Assembly (NCBI GenBank): GCA_965205265.1
Contig: CBDBGH010000003.1
Span: forward strand, 4,992,001 to 5,056,000
Direction of reading: 5' to 3'
DNA: 64,000 nucleotides
Source: Alphaproteobacteria bacterium
GTDB taxonomy: Bacteria; Pseudomonadota; Alphaproteobacteria; Bin95
The notes below the pieces were generated by a model. The model was given only the letters and a program-made list of their open reading frames with translations, had not been told where the DNA came from and did not search any database. A program made the translations under genes and the position numbers. Shown one piece after another: positions 1 through 11,129 of the stretch; positions within the stretch are counted from its first letter, which is position 1; each line of letters opens with the position of its first letter.

Positions 1-1
1 G

Positions 2-301
2 ATCGAAGGTCTTCGCGACTGTCTTGTCGGGTCCGGCGGCTGGCGCGCAAGGGAGGCGCCGCCGCAATCCTTCCGGGGCGCATGCGAGCGGGTGGCGCTG
101 TCCCTGCTGGAGGTCGACTATCCCGGCTGGGAGACCGATGACGGGTCGTCCGGAACCGTGAGGGTCGGCCCGGAGAAGGTGGCCGTGGACATCCGGATGA
201 TGTCGGTCGAGGTCGACACGACCTGGTACGACACGGTCAACGGTCTGGAGCAGACGATGCCGCCGGTGGCCGGCGAAGGGGACGACCCGCCCGGCCCGTG
301 A
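2..301 (+). CDS. DUF6878-like protein (5'-truncated by window edge)
   Basis: Frame is open from the window start (IEGLRD...). Contains the DYPGWETDDGSSGTV motif shared with downstream paralogs. Confidence 0.7.
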   Translation: MEGLRDCLVGSGGWRAREAPPQSFRGACERVALSLLEVDYPGWETDDGSSGTVRVGPEKVAVDIRMMSVEVDTTWYDTVNGLEQTMPPVAGEGDDPPGP

Positions 302-346
302 TGCGGCCGATCCCAGGCAATCGCGTGAAAACAGGAGGACAGGGCC

Positions 347-853
347 ATGGCGGCGAGCGAACAGGCGGCAGCCAATCGGGAGGAGAAGCGCAGACTGGTC
401 GAGCACAACACGGCGGTGCTCGGCGCCATTTTCCGGGAATGCGGCATCGGCTCCGTGGATGTGGAGTTCGACGGTTACTCGGACAGCGGAGCGGTGGAGG
501 ACATTACCTTCCTCGGAACCGACGGGCATGTGCTCACCGCCGGTGACGATCTGTTGTCACGGACGGTGGAAGGGATGCAGAAGATCGTATCGAGCCGGGG
601 TGTCCTGAGCCGGACCGAAGATTGCCTGAAGACCCTCGAGGATGCGATCGAGGACTGCGTCATGGATGCGCTGGCGGTGGATTTCCCGGGTTGGGAGGTC
701 GGTACCGGCGCCTGTGGCTCGGTTTCCATCGAGCCGGAGGCGATCTCGGTGAAGATCGATTTGCGATCGGTGGAATACGAGGAGCGGGAATTCACAGCGC
801 AGGCCGCGTCCCTGGATGAGGACAGGCTGCCCGGTCCCTCTCCGGGGGCCTGA
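347..853 (+). CDS. DUF6878-like protein
   Basis: HNTAVL...VEFDGYSDSGAVE...DFPGWEVGTGACG match the family motifs (FDGxGDSG, GWE). AGGAGG RBS. Confidence 0.8.
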   Translation: MAASEQAAANREEKRRLVEHNTAVLGAIFRECGIGSVDVEFDGYSDSGAVEDITFLGTDGHVLTAGDDLLSRTVEGMQKIVSSRGVLSRTEDCLKTLEDAIEDCVMDALAVDFPGWEVGTGACGSVSIEPEAISVKIDLRSVEYEEREFTAQAASLDEDRLPGPSPGA

Positions 854-884
854 CCGGTCCATGGACAGCAGGGAGGGTTGTTCG

Positions 885-1643
885 ATGGAATTGACGGAAG
901 GGGCGCCCGCGAGCGGGCGCGATGACGGCTTCACGCTGTCGATCCCGCTGGAGGCCCCGGCCCAGGACGGGAATCCCGAAACGCTGATCGTGCGGATCGG
1001 CGATGGCATCCGCCGGGGCGATCCGCGCTGGGAGGCGTGCCGACGCATCGCGCGAGCTGTGGCGGCCTCGCCGCTTGTCCGCGAGGCTGTTGCGCCCGGG
1101 ACGGGCGATGGAAGGAAGGAACCCTTCGCCGCCCGGCCCCCGGACCATGCGTCCTCAGCCGGCAGGAATTTCAGTGAGCGGTTCATGACGTCGGTCAGGC
1201 ACAATCTGGCTGTTATCGGCGCCGCCCTGGAGCAATGGGGCATTGCCGCGGTCGAGATGAAGCTGGATGGCTTCGGCGACGAGCGCGCCGTGCAGGACGC
1301 GATCTACATTTCCGCGGATCCGTCACGGCCGGTGCCTGTCGGGACCGACAGTCGGCCTGTGGAGGGGCTTCAGCTGTTCAGGCGGGGAGAGCGCAGGCAA
1401 GCTCCCGCTGCCGCGCTTGCGGATGCGCTGGCCGAGTGCGCCATGTCCATGGTGTGGAATTCCTATCCCTGCTGGGAAACCGGCGACGGGTCGGTGGGTA
1501 TCGTGACCTTCACGCCCTCCGGGGCGCGCGTGGCCATGGGATTCCGCGAAGCCAGCTACGATGTCGTCGCCGAGCGGGAGTTCGAGGTCGAGGCGCGCGC
1601 GGCCCCGCTGGCCGGGCCGGCGGCGGACGGGCCGACGCCGTAG
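885..1643 (+). CDS. DUF6878-like protein with N-terminal extension
   Basis: HNLAVI...LDGFGDE...YPCWETGDGSVG. GGAGG upstream of ATG 885. Confidence 0.75.
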   Translation: MELTEGAPASGRDDGFTLSIPLEAPAQDGNPETLIVRIGDGIRRGDPRWEACRRIARAVAASPLVREAVAPGTGDGRKEPFAARPPDHASSAGRNFSERFMTSVRHNLAVIGAALEQWGIAAVEMKLDGFGDERAVQDAIYISADPSRPVPVGTDSRPVEGLQLFRRGERRQAPAAALADALAECAMSMVWNSYPCWETGDGSVGIVTFTPSGARVAMGFREASYDVVAEREFEVEARAAPLAGPAADGPTP

Positions 1644-1696
1644 CGGGGCAAACCCAGGGAGGGAAGACCGGGATAGTCCCGTGGTTCAGGTACCGT

Positions 1697-2125
1697 TCAT
1701 CTCCCCAATCTTCCCAATCTCCTTTTCAGCTCATTCATCATCTTCTCGTATTTGATTTCCTCCTTGGCGCCAAACACCGCGGATTCCTGGGTGCACTCCG
1801 CACGCTCACCGGCCAGTATCTTTTGCCTGTCTTCCTCGCTGTGCTTCTGCAGGTCCCGTGCGGCCTTGTCGAGCGCATCATCGAATTCATCTCCGGCTTC
1901 CGCCCGGATGCGGGAGACAATCCGTTTTGCATCCTCGTCCGATACGTTCTGGCCTTGGAGCATTCCGTCCCGGATGCAGGGCATGAAGACCGTGTCCAGG
2001 TACTGCTGCTTCAAGAGCGCCACTTCTGCCTTGACGACCTCCGGATTGGTTGCCGGAGTGTCCGTCGTCGAGCACGCTGCGACCGCAAGACCCAGGCTGA
2101 CCAACCCGAGCATCATGAGTTTCAT
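1697..2125 (-). CDS. Putative lipoprotein
   Basis: MKLMMLGLVSLGLAVAAC: hydrophobic signal peptide with lipobox Cys. GGGAG RBS. Lower GC than its neighbours. Confidence 0.7.
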   Translation of the reverse strand: MKLMMLGLVSLGLAVAACSTTDTPATNPEVVKAEVALLKQQYLDTVFMPCIRDGMLQGQNVSDEDAKRIVSRIRAEAGDEFDDALDKAARDLQKHSEEDRQKILAGERAECTQESAVFGAKEEIKYEKMMNELKRRLGRLGR

Positions 2126-2591
2126 GTTGATTCTCCCGTTAACTGCCTTGTGCATTATACATCGTGCCGGGCCTTGTCCGCGCGCGCTTTCGGGCGGCCG
2201 CTCGCCAGTGCCCGCACAAGGAGTGCGGCCTGCCCCAGGTCGTTCCAGGCTTCGGCGCGCGCCACCCGGGCGTCGATCCTGCGACGGATCCGCGTAAACC
2301 GTCTGCATTGCGACGGGCAGGCGTTGAAAGGCTCGCAAGGGAGCGTCCCTTCTTGTTGTAAACAGTTGAGCGTTTTGTTCACAACCGATGGCTGCAAGGG
2401 TCAATCCATCTTTGCATAAGGCCCTTTCTCTTGGCATCGGCCCGGGACGCGACCGGCAGGGGCCGGCCCGCCTGCAGACAAAAAACTGAACCCCGGGCGC
2501 ATGCGCGAGGCAGAGGCGGGTTCAGGGCTTGCGGAGTTTCTTCCGGCCGCCGCCTGTCAATCGGGGTCGGTCGCTGAAAGTTCTTTCGGCA

Positions 2592-2614
2592 TTTTCAGCC
2601 GGTTGGCCTAACAT
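2592..2614 (+). promoter_or_regulatory. TTTTCA-N11-TAACAT promoter motif (first of 12 copies)
   Basis: The same spacing recurs upstream of many cargo genes; all copies are listed in findings. Confidence 0.65.
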
Positions 2615-2653
2615 CGGAGTTCTGGTCGTTCGCTTGCTGGGAGACCCGCTTCA

Positions 2654-3151
2654 ATGGCTCACCCCTACAATCACGCCGAGTCCTCGGTCCGCAAATATGG
2701 CGGCAGCATCGAGGACTATCTCGACATCCACAACTGGTTTGACGAGAGCAAGGCCTATATGGCGCATTTTCGGCACCGGGCGCTGCGCCACCATGCCCAG
2801 GGCATCTTCGAGTGCGAACGCACCTTCGGGGTGACTCGCACCAATTCGGCAGGAAGGATCGTCCCCGTTCGCTTCGTGGGCGAGCAGCATGTCAAGGAAG
2901 ACTGCGGGGGCATGATTCCCTGCCTCTCCGACTGGTTCCGCAATATCCGCCCGGAGCGCTGGATGGGCGCCGGACGACTCAAGGATGACGAGGACATCCC
3001 GGAGCAGCTGGAGGATCTATCGATGGAGGCCTGGCGGGCGGCCGTGGCCGACTGCAAGACGATGCTCGGCTATTCGGAGTGGGTCGAGATGCGCAAGGCC
3101 CGCCGGGAGGGTGCCCGGCTTGCCGGGAAGGCGATGGCGGACGCAGCCTGA
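2654..3151 (+). CDS. DUF6915-like protein
   Basis: MAHPYNHAESSVRKYGG...IHNWFDESK...FRHRALRHHAQGIF...GEQHVKED. His-rich family that usually neighbours DUF6878. Confidence 0.85.
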   Translation: MAHPYNHAESSVRKYGGSIEDYLDIHNWFDESKAYMAHFRHRALRHHAQGIFECERTFGVTRTNSAGRIVPVRFVGEQHVKEDCGGMIPCLSDWFRNIRPERWMGAGRLKDDEDIPEQLEDLSMEAWRAAVADCKTMLGYSEWVEMRKARREGARLAGKAMADAA

Positions 3152-3171
3152 AAAGGGAGGATGGGCCGATC

Positions 3172-3660
3172 ATGAGGTATTCGCGCGAGAACAGGCTGGA
3201 AGCGGCCCGCGAGGCGCTTCAGCACAATCTCTCGGTACTGGGTGCGTTTTTCGGCAAGGCCGGTATCGAGACTATCGACATCCCGTTCCGGGCGTCCGGT
3301 GGCAATGTGGTGTTCGAGGACCCGACCGTGACCGGCAAGGCGAAAGCGCCCGAGGTCATGACGGAGATGATCGACGGGTTGCAGGATGTGAGGTGGACCG
3401 GCGCCGGCCTCGAGCGCATCCGGACCCGTCCCCTGGCGCTCGAGGCCGCCCTGCGGGATGCCTGCACCTATGCGGCGGACCTCCGGGACAATAACTGGAA
3501 GGACGGCACCAAGGGGGCGGTCAAATTCTGGGAGGACGGCGTGATCTATCTGGAGATGGAGATCCTCCAGCCGACCAACGTCCGTGAGGAGTATTACCCT
3601 CGCCCGGCCCCGCTGGAGGCGCCCGCGGGTCTTCCCGAGCCCAGGCCGGAGGGCCTGTAG
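3172..3660 (+). CDS. DUF6878-like paralog (diverged)
   Basis: HNLSVLGAFFGKAGIETIDI...IDGLQ...NWKDGTKGAV. Confidence 0.7.
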   Translation: MRYSRENRLEAAREALQHNLSVLGAFFGKAGIETIDIPFRASGGNVVFEDPTVTGKAKAPEVMTEMIDGLQDVRWTGAGLERIRTRPLALEAALRDACTYAADLRDNNWKDGTKGAVKFWEDGVIYLEMEILQPTNVREEYYPRPAPLEAPAGLPEPRPEGL

Positions 3661-3663
3661 GCC

Positions 3664-4185
3664 ATGACGGGCACCGATGACCTGGTGCCGCTCGATGTGG
3701 CGCTGTCGATCACCATCGAGCACAACCTGTCCGTGCTGGGCGCGCATTTTGCGGAGACGGGCCTCACGGGCGTGGAGATGACCTTCGATGGCCATGACGG
3801 CGAGGGTCATATCCAGGAGATCGCCTACCGGACGGGTGGCCCCGACCCGGAGAATGTGCCGGCGGGCACATCCGGGACGGTGATCGAGGGTCTGCAGGAA
3901 GCCGACGAGGCAAGGGACGACGGTTTCACCCCCATGGGCCGGTGCGTTGACGCTGGCCCGATGACGCTCCGGGACGCGCTCGATGAGTGCGGTCTCGCCA
4001 TGCTGGAGCGCTTCGACAGGGACTGGCAGAAGGGCCCGGGCGCCGGGGGCCGGATCCGGATCGATGCGGCGGGAGAGGCAGCCCTGGAGATCGGCGTGCG
4101 CCGGGTGACGGAGTACGAGATGCAATACAGGGCTTCCCCGAAGCCGCTGACGGCTGAAGCGGGGGAAGCCCAGCCGGGTCTGTAG
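3664..4185 (+). CDS. DUF6878-like protein
   Basis: HNLSVL...MTFDGHDGEGHIQEI...IEGLQ...DWQKGPGAGGRI. Confidence 0.75.
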   Translation: MTGTDDLVPLDVALSITIEHNLSVLGAHFAETGLTGVEMTFDGHDGEGHIQEIAYRTGGPDPENVPAGTSGTVIEGLQEADEARDDGFTPMGRCVDAGPMTLRDALDECGLAMLERFDRDWQKGPGAGGRIRIDAAGEAALEIGVRRVTEYEMQYRASPKPLTAEAGEAQPGL

Positions 4186-4232
4186 AGTAGGTGTCGTGCA
4201 AGAGTTCGGGAAGCCGTAAGGGAGACAGGCTC

Positions 4233-5132
4233 ATGAGTGGGGAGCGCCGTTGGAACTTCGTGGAAGAGCAGTGGATGAGCAGGGCTATCGAGGTGCTGAA
4301 TACCGCGAGGAAAATCCATCGGGGAATCCATGACTATCCGGGAAGCATCCTGACCTCCCTAGATGGAGCATGGGGAGCCGTTCAGTCTCCAATCGGGGAT
4401 TTCGACGCCGCCGGGCAGAGAGCCTTCGTCGACGGGCTGCTTCCCTTGATCTGCCGGGCCAATGACGTCGATTACGACGCCACCGGAAACGGCGATGGGC
4501 GGTCGCTTCAGGTGTGGCGTGCCCTGCAGGAGTCGAAGGCGGGCAGCTTCGATGAAGGGGACGCTGTTTTCTCGAGGACTCTCGACATGGCCTATGCCGA
4601 GCTGGAACGGACGGCGGGACCGGCGGACCGGCATTTCTTCGATGCGTGCCGCCTGAACCCGGATGCGCCGCGGGGATTGCGTGAGGAGGTGGCGATGAAG
4701 AACCTCTCCACGCTGCAGGCGCATCTGGCCCGGGAGGGCGTGACGCGCGCCGATGTGACGATGCTCGGGTTCGACGGGAAATGCGATTTCGGACGCGTGG
4801 GATTTTCGTCGGAACCTCGGGAGAAGGCCCCGGTAGAGGGCTTTCGCATTTGCCGGGAGACGCCGGAAGGCTGGATCCAGGAGGAACTGGAGCCTCTGCC
4901 CCTGCCTTCGGCGGCGGCCAGGGTCGCCATCCATCTGGCCGACATGGCCTATGACAACTGGGCGGATGACGGAGCGACGATCAGGACGGCTATCCGGCCT
5001 GACAGCGTCGAGGCCGGTGTGCGTTGGACCGAGGTCATCGAAGGAAGCGAAACCGGATACCGGGTGGATTCGTCGGCCGGACGCCTGTGGCACGACGAGG
5101 ATGGACCCGAACCCGAAGGCATGGAGCCGTGA
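4233..5132 (+). CDS. Protein with unknown N-domain and C-terminal DUF6878-like domain
   Basis: KNLSTLQAHLAREGV...VEGFR...YDNWADDG in the C-terminal half. Confidence 0.65.
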   Translation: MSGERRWNFVEEQWMSRAIEVLNTARKIHRGIHDYPGSILTSLDGAWGAVQSPIGDFDAAGQRAFVDGLLPLICRANDVDYDATGNGDGRSLQVWRALQESKAGSFDEGDAVFSRTLDMAYAELERTAGPADRHFFDACRLNPDAPRGLREEVAMKNLSTLQAHLAREGVTRADVTMLGFDGKCDFGRVGFSSEPREKAPVEGFRICRETPEGWIQEELEPLPLPSAAARVAIHLADMAYDNWADDGATIRTAIRPDSVEAGVRWTEVIEGSETGYRVDSSAGRLWHDEDGPEPEGMEP

Positions 5133-5301
5133 CCTGCGAAGCGGCGACATCCTCTCCATCTCCTGAAGGGCGGGGCTTCCCGCTGTTGATGCGCCTGAAA
5201 CGGTCAAACCGGACGTCACATCGGGATTTCACGGCTTTCTGGTAGCGTGCGACAGGATCGGGCCGGCCGGGCGTCGGCCGGGCTGTCGAGGAGAAGGCAC
5301 C

Positions 5302-6156
5302 GTGACCCGGAAACTCTATCAGGACACGGAAAGTGCGGCGGTCTATCTGGAAGTGGACGGCGATGTTTTCGACGTGACGTACGAAACGGACGGGACAGCC
5401 CTGACGCTGCTGATCCGGGGATGTCCGTTCGCCCGTCGGCTTGAAGGGCCGGAGGCCGAGGCGCTGCGCGCCCCGGGCGGGCCGCTTTCTCCCGGGAGGG
5501 AAGACACCTGCCTGATCGCCGCCGTCGCGGACGAGGGCGAGGGCCCGGGCAGCCCGTTCGAACTCCATGTCTGGAACGAGCGGGTCGATGACAGGGCGGC
5601 GTTCCTGCTTGGCCTGGACTCGCGGCCTGTCCTGTATGGTCCGTCCTCGCTTGTGCCTCCGGTGGAGGCGGACGGAGCGGAAGTCATTGCCATCGGCGCG
5701 AAACGGCGCCGGGAGGCCGAGATAGCGGACCTCCACAACCTGTCGGTTCTCACCGCCGAGATGGAGCGTCTCGGCATAGAGACCGTCTCGGTCGAGTTCG
5801 ACGGCTATGGAGATGACGGCGAGATCACGGCGGTGAGCTATGCACCCAGGGCCCCGGAAGGGCGCACGATCGAGGGATTCCAGGATGAGGTAACGGATGG
5901 AGCCGGCAATTGGAGTCGCCAGGACGGCGAACCCATGTCGTTCGGGGCCGCGGTCCGGAACCTGGTTTACCGGCATCTCTGGATGAATTACGGGGGATGG
6001 GTCAATGATCTGGGCTCCGGCGGAACGGCGGAGATCACGAAGGAGGGCCTTCGCGTGCATTTCGGCCGCCGGATCAAGAGCGTCGAGTGGGAGCACGGCC
6101 CGCTCCATCGCCCGGCCCCGGCCCCGCTGCAGGGCGGCGCGGGGCCGGGCTTCTGA
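5302..6156 (+). CDS. Protein with unknown N-domain and C-terminal DUF6878-like domain
   Basis: HNLSVL...VEFDGYGDDGEI...YGGWVNDLGSGG. Confidence 0.8.
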   Translation: MTRKLYQDTESAAVYLEVDGDVFDVTYETDGTALTLLIRGCPFARRLEGPEAEALRAPGGPLSPGREDTCLIAAVADEGEGPGSPFELHVWNERVDDRAAFLLGLDSRPVLYGPSSLVPPVEADGAEVIAIGAKRRREAEIADLHNLSVLTAEMERLGIETVSVEFDGYGDDGEITAVSYAPRAPEGRTIEGFQDEVTDGAGNWSRQDGEPMSFGAAVRNLVYRHLWMNYGGWVNDLGSGGTAEITKEGLRVHFGRRIKSVEWEHGPLHRPAPAPLQGGAGPGF

Positions 6157-6890
6157 GTGTCTCGGGGCGAGCGGGAGAGGCTGCCTGCGATGAACGGCGA
6201 GCAGAATAGTCCGGTGCATGCGCCGCTGCCGTTTCTCGAGGCGGTCGCCGCGCACAATCTGCGGGTTTTCGCCGACAGTCTGAAAACCGCGCCCCTGGAT
6301 CGTGTCGTCGTTCTGGCTCCCGGTCCCGATGCGGACGGCGTGCCGGGGCCGGTGCTCGTCGATTGCATGACAGAGGCCGGAAGGCGGGCATCGCCCGAGA
6401 CATGGCTGCCGGATGTGGCCGGCCTGGTTGCGCCGTTTCAGGACGGCCAGGACGGGCGCTGGCGGGCTGGTGCCGCTCCGCCGATGCCGTTCGCGAACGC
6501 GGCGGAAGCGGTCGCCGGCGCTCTGCTGGAATGCTTCTGGCAACAGGCCCCCGATACGGTCGGCAGGGCCGCCATATCGGCGGACCGCGCGGCCCTCGGG
6601 CTGAGTGACCCGAATACGGGCCTGGTTTACCGCCATGTGGTCGAGGTTGCCCGGCAAACCCCGCAGGCGGGGCTGGGCGAAATCCTGGACATTCCGGAGG
6701 CGGATGAGCGGCAGATGCTGGACGAAGCGGCCTTCAGGCACAATCTGGCCGTCGCGGTCAGCGCCATGCAGGAGGCCGGGATCGAGGAAGTCGTCCTGCG
6801 GAGCGGTGTTAGCGACGGTTAGGAAGGGCGTTTATTTGCTGGCGCGGAACGGCCGGTTTGTGCGGCTTGCGAGCAGCGTCGCATGGGTTA

Positions 6891-7942
6891 GAGCAGATTC
6901 GTTTCATTTGGGTTCATATCCGCATGCAGTGAAGAAGCTTCGGGCGTCCTGTGGAGTGACAGCATCGATGGCGTCGCGGATCGCATCCCAGAGCGTATGG
7001 ACGGAGCGTGCTGCGGCCTTTTTCAGGAGAGCCTTGATTTTGGAGAAGGCCATCTCGATGGGGTTGAAGTCGGGGCTGTAGGGCGGCAGGAACAGGATGC
7101 CGGCGCCTGTGGCCTCGATAGCTTCTCGGATGGCGATGGGCTTGTGGGCCGGCAGATTGTCGAGGATGACGGTGTCGCCTGGCCTCAGGGTCGGGGCCAG
7201 GACCTGTTCGACATAGGCAAGGAAGGCTGCCCCGGTCATCGCCCCATCGATGGTCATGGGGGCGAGGATGCCGTCGAGCGTGAGGCCGGCGACCAAAGTG
7301 GTGGTCTTCCAGTGACCATGGGGGACGGGAGCGCGGCAACGCTCGCCCCTGGGAGCCCGGCCATACATGCGGGCCATCTTGGTCGAGGTCCCGCTTTCGT
7401 CGATGAAGATCAGGCGCTCGGGGTCGAGCCCGGGCTGGTCTTCGAACCAGGCCTGACGCCGGCGTGCGACGTCCGGTCGGTCCTGCTCGGCAGCATGGGC
7501 CGTCTTTTTTTGCGCGTGATGCCGCGACGCTTGAAGAACCCATGCACCACGCTGGGCGGCGGCCGGTAGCCGACCGCCTCCTCAAGCCTGGCCGCGATCT
7601 CCTGGAGGGTCAGGTCGGGCTCCACCTCAACCCACCCCATGATCAGATCGCCGTGACCCTCAATGCGCCCTGGACGGCTACCGCCGCGTGGCTTCGGCGA
7701 GAGGTCGCCTGTCAGGCGCGATTGGCTCACCCAGCGGATCGCAGACGACACCCCGACGCCAAAACGCGCCGCAGCCTGCCGACGCGACATCCCGGACTCA
7801 ACCGCTGCAACCACGCGCCGACGAAGATCAACAGAAAGAGACTGCGCCATGCGAGCTGGCCTCCTTCACCAGCCCCCATCGTGAATCACATAATCCGCCA
7901 ATTGGGAATCCCTCAACGATTCAATCGCCCGCGAATTCGCTC
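6891..7942 (-). mobile_element. IS630-family insertion sequence
   Basis: Flanking TA duplications at 6889-90 and 7943-44. IRs GAGCAGATTCG / GAGCGAATTCG. Confidence 0.9.
6904..7850 (-). CDS. IS630 transposase (two ORFs joined by a probable -1 frameshift)
   Basis: HTH ORF 7410-7850 and DDE ORF ([19 protein letters not shown]). A7G slippery run near 7504-7511. Confidence 0.9.
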
Positions 7943-7954
7943 TAGGTGTTGCGT

Positions 7955-8848
7955 TCATCTGATTGGGCGGTCATCGGTTTCGAGCGGCTCGCCGTCGCGG
8001 TCACGGATGAGCATGTCGTTCCAGTCCTGGTTTTCGAGGGCCGGTCGCATTCGGACGATTCTTGTGTCGTTGTCTTGCATGCGGCGGGCGGCGTGATCGC
8101 CGTATCGTGTAGCGTCCCAGGCACAGAAGATACGGCGCGGGTTCCAGGCCTCGACCCATTTGGGGATTCTGGCCGTGATGGCGCCGGTGGAGACGACGGC
8201 GCATTTGCTGCGTTTTTCCGGGACGAGGTGGAGGGAGAGGATCGACAGGGCGTCGAGGGCGCTGCCGGTGAGGATGACGGTGCCGGGCCAGTCGGGCTCC
8301 CATGACATCCAGAAGCCGCCGTCTGCGGCCGGCTCCTGCGCTGCGGGGAGGGTCTCTATGCCGACCACCTTGCTGGCGGCGTTTCGGCGGAGGAACACGG
8401 GATTGCCGCGCCGGTCGGCACGGATCAGGCCGAGGCCTCGGCATAGCTCGACGAGCGCGTCGGCGAGGCCGCGCTGCTCGATGAGGTATTGCCGCAGCGC
8501 CGGCCAGCGAGGGTCCTGGCACGAGGGCTCCGCCTCACAGCGACTGTTCGGGAGCCGTGAGTGGCGCGGCAGTTGGGCGAGGAAGTCGAGGGCTTCGGTC
8601 GTTGGGCATCCGAGCGCATGAACCGCCAGCTGGATGGCCCCGGCGCCTCCCTCTCCGCGCAGATGGTCGTAGAACATGAAGCGGTTGATGGAGAGGACCG
8701 AACCGGCTCGTCTCCAGCGCGCGGCATCGGCGGGATCGCGGCGATAGCCGAGGGCGTGGACCACGTCTTCGAGGGGGCAGCTTCGCAGCCCCTCGGCCCG
8801 CAGGCGGCGATCCCATGGATGCAGATGCTGCACGGCTGGCTCAGGCAT
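7955..8848 (-). CDS. DUF3991/Toprim-like primase-domain passenger protein
   Basis: [46 protein letters not shown]. Start overlaps the istB stop. Confidence 0.7.
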   Translation of the reverse strand: MPEPAVQHLHPWDRRLRAEGLRSCPLEDVVHALGYRRDPADAARWRRAGSVLSINRFMFYDHLRGEGGAGAIQLAVHALGCPTTEALDFLAQLPRHSRLPNSRCEAEPSCQDPRWPALRQYLIEQRGLADALVELCRGLGLIRADRRGNPVFLRRNAASKVVGIETLPAAQEPAADGGFWMSWEPDWPGTVILTGSALDALSILSLHLVPEKRSKCAVVSTGAITARIPKWVEAWNPRRIFCAWDATRYGDHAARRMQDNDTRIVRMRPALENQDWNDMLIRDRDGEPLETDDRPIR

Positions 8849-9626
8849 CCCCCGTGTCTTGCGCCGTGCTCTTGCCCGCTCCTTTTGCCGATCGCCGCCG
8901 GCGGCGATCGGCGCTGCGCTGCTTCTGGCGTTCCTCGGCCTCCTTGCGGCGGTATGAGTCGCCGTCGATGGCGAGGATCTCGGCATTGTGGACGAGCCGG
9001 TCGACAAGGGCCACGAGGCAGGCGGCGTTGGGGAAGGCCTCGCTCCACTCGGCGAAGGGGCGGTTTGTGGTGATGATGGTGGAGCGCTGCTGGCTGCGGC
9101 TTGAGACGATATTGAACAGCAGGTCGGCATGACGGTTGGAGTAGGAGAGATATCCGACTTCGTCGATGACCAGGAGGTGCTGGCGGGCGTAGAAGCGCAG
9201 CCTGCGCTGGAGCATTGTGTCGGAGTCGATGGCGGCGAGCTCGCCGAGCAGGCTGGCGGCGGTTGCGAAGCGCACGGTGTGGCCTTCGAGGACGGCGCGG
9301 TGTGCGATATTGGCGGCGATTGTGGACTTGCCGACGCCGTTGGGGCCGATGAGGACGACATTGGCGCCCTCGCGGAGGAAGTTGAGGGTCATGAGGTCCT
9401 CGACGGCCATGCGGTCGCATCGCCTTGGCCAGTCCCAGTCGAAGTCGGCGAGCGGCTTGAACTGTCCGAGGCGGGCGGCGGTGAGGCGTCGCCTGAGGCT
9501 TCGGCTTCGCCTCTCTTCCTCTTCCCATGCGATCAGGGGCGGGAGCCAGTCGCGCTCCGCAACCTCGCTCCAGTGGGCGAGGAGGCCGTGCAGTCCGAGC
9601 GCCGTGGCGCGGTCCTTGAGGGTCAT
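8841..9626 (-). CDS. istB: IS21 helper ATPase IstB
   Basis: Walker [29 protein letters not shown]. Confidence 0.95.
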   Translation of the reverse strand: MTLKDRATALGLHGLLAHWSEVAERDWLPPLIAWEEEERRSRSLRRRLTAARLGQFKPLADFDWDWPRRCDRMAVEDLMTLNFLREGANVVLIGPNGVGKSTIAANIAHRAVLEGHTVRFATAASLLGELAAIDSDTMLQRRLRFYARQHLLVIDEVGYLSYSNRHADLLFNIVSSRSQQRSTIITTNRPFAEWSEAFPNAACLVALVDRLVHNAEILAIDGDSYRRKEAEERQKQRSADRRRRRSAKGAGKSTAQDTGDA

Positions 9627-11128
9627 TCTTCGCTGTCCTCCTCGTGGTGGCTTGCGAGCCCGTCGTATCCGCCGAGGTCGTGATCGCGGACCGCGATATC
9701 GCGCAGTCTTGGATCGCCGGGCAGGTCGATGGGGATGGGTGGTGGCTCGTTGCGCTGTTCGCGCCGCCGGTTCAGGCTGAAGCGCACCGCATTGGGATGG
9801 GGGACGCCGCGCTCAAGGGCTTCATCGATGGCGGCTTCGAGTTCGACGGCTCCGTAGTCGTCGAGCAGGCGCAGCAGGGAGGCGACGGTTGTGCCGATAT
9901 TGCCGCCGCGCCTGGCGGTCTCGGCAAGCAGGCGCTCGCTGTCGGGGGCGGCCTGGAGAAGGCGGCTCTGCCCGCGCAGGCGGTGGGCGTGACGTTTGAG
10001 CCTGACCAGCTCCTCGATGTGCTCGGGGGTCTCGATGCGGGCCGCCTTGTCGAAGCTGCGCGGATGACGGGCGACGGTGTCGGCGCCGTCGAGGATGCGT
10101 ACCTCCTCCAGTGTCGCGACCACGGTGAGGGTGCGCCGCGTATGGGTATGCGGGACGCTATAGTCATTGAGGTCGAACCTGGCGTAGGGGGTCTTGCCGA
10201 TCCTGACCTCGACCCTCTCGTCGACGGGGGGCCGGTCGTCGGGCAGCGCCATCAGGGAGCCGCGCTCGCGCTCGAAGGCCTCGCGCACGGTGAGGGAGCG
10301 GTCGTCCGGCCAGCGACGGTCGGCGGCGACGCCGTCGCACCAGGCGCGGGCCCGGGCGTTCAGGTCGTCGAGGTCGCGCCAGGCGCGGGCGGCGAAGAAG
10401 TTGTCGCGCACATAGCGTATGGCGCGCTCCACGCGCCCCTTCTCGTTGCCGCGCGCGACCGCGACCGGCTTGGGCAGGAAGCGGTAGCGGGCGGCGAAGT
10501 CGAGGAGCCGGGGGTTGAACCGGATGGCGTCGCCCTGGCGCTCCAGCACGACGCTCTTCAGGTTGTCGTACCATAGCTCGCGGGGCACGCCCTGCCAGGC
10601 CTCGAAGGCCTCGACATGGCCGCGCAGGAAGTTGTCCATCGCGGCATTGAGGTAGAAGTGCAGGAAGATGCGGCGCGAGTAGCTCAGCACCATCACGAAG
10701 CCCATCAGCGGGCGCTCCGCGCGCCCGATCCTCACCTTGCCGAAGTGGGCCCAGTCCACCTGGGCCAGCTCGCCGGGCAGGGTCTTGAGGCGCAGATAGG
10801 CCTCGGCCACAGGCCGCGGGCGCTCCGGCGCGATCATGCGCCGGAAGTGGCTCTGGCTGCCCCGGTAGCCGCGCTCGACCGCCATCTGGTAGAGCCGGCT
10901 GGCTGGCAGCCTGGGCCAGACCGCCAGGGTCTGGCGGATGAAGGGCCGGAACGGATCGATCATCGAAGCCCTGCGCCGCCTCTCACGCGCGGGCGCCCCG
11001 GCGGCCGCTACCGCGCGCTCGACCGTGCCGTGGTGGACGCCGAGCTGGCGCGCGATCGTGCCGATCCTCCACTTCTCGGCAAAATACAGCCGCTGGATCT
11101 CGGCACGGGTCTGCTTGTCGATCGCCAT
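9623..11128 (-). CDS. istA: IS21 transposase IstA
   Basis: PGELAQVDWA, YDNLKS, EKGRVER, NDYSVP. Confidence 0.95.
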   Translation of the reverse strand: MAIDKQTRAEIQRLYFAEKWRIGTIARQLGVHHGTVERAVAAAGAPARERRRRASMIDPFRPFIRQTLAVWPRLPASRLYQMAVERGYRGSQSHFRRMIAPERPRPVAEAYLRLKTLPGELAQVDWAHFGKVRIGRAERPLMGFVMVLSYSRRIFLHFYLNAAMDNFLRGHVEAFEAWQGVPRELWYDNLKSVVLERQGDAIRFNPRLLDFAARYRFLPKPVAVARGNEKGRVERAIRYVRDNFFAARAWRDLDDLNARARAWCDGVAADRRWPDDRSLTVREAFERERGSLMALPDDRPPVDERVEVRIGKTPYARFDLNDYSVPHTHTRRTLTVVATLEEVRILDGADTVARHPRSFDKAARIETPEHIEELVRLKRHAHRLRGQSRLLQAAPDSERLLAETARRGGNIGTTVASLLRLLDDYGAVELEAAIDEALERGVPHPNAVRFSLNRRREQRNEPPPIPIDLPGDPRLRDIAVRDHDLGGYDGLASHHEEDSEE

Positions 11129-11129
11129 C

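Noticed and set aside
325-330. Additional TTTTCA hexamers (for example 325 minus, 26502 plus)
   Set aside because: No -10-like hexamer at 11 nt and the wrong orientation to genes, so they were not counted as promoter copies.
2648-2656. Other CATTGAAGC matches on the minus strand (here and near 63162)
   Set aside because: No upstream hairpin; expected by chance.
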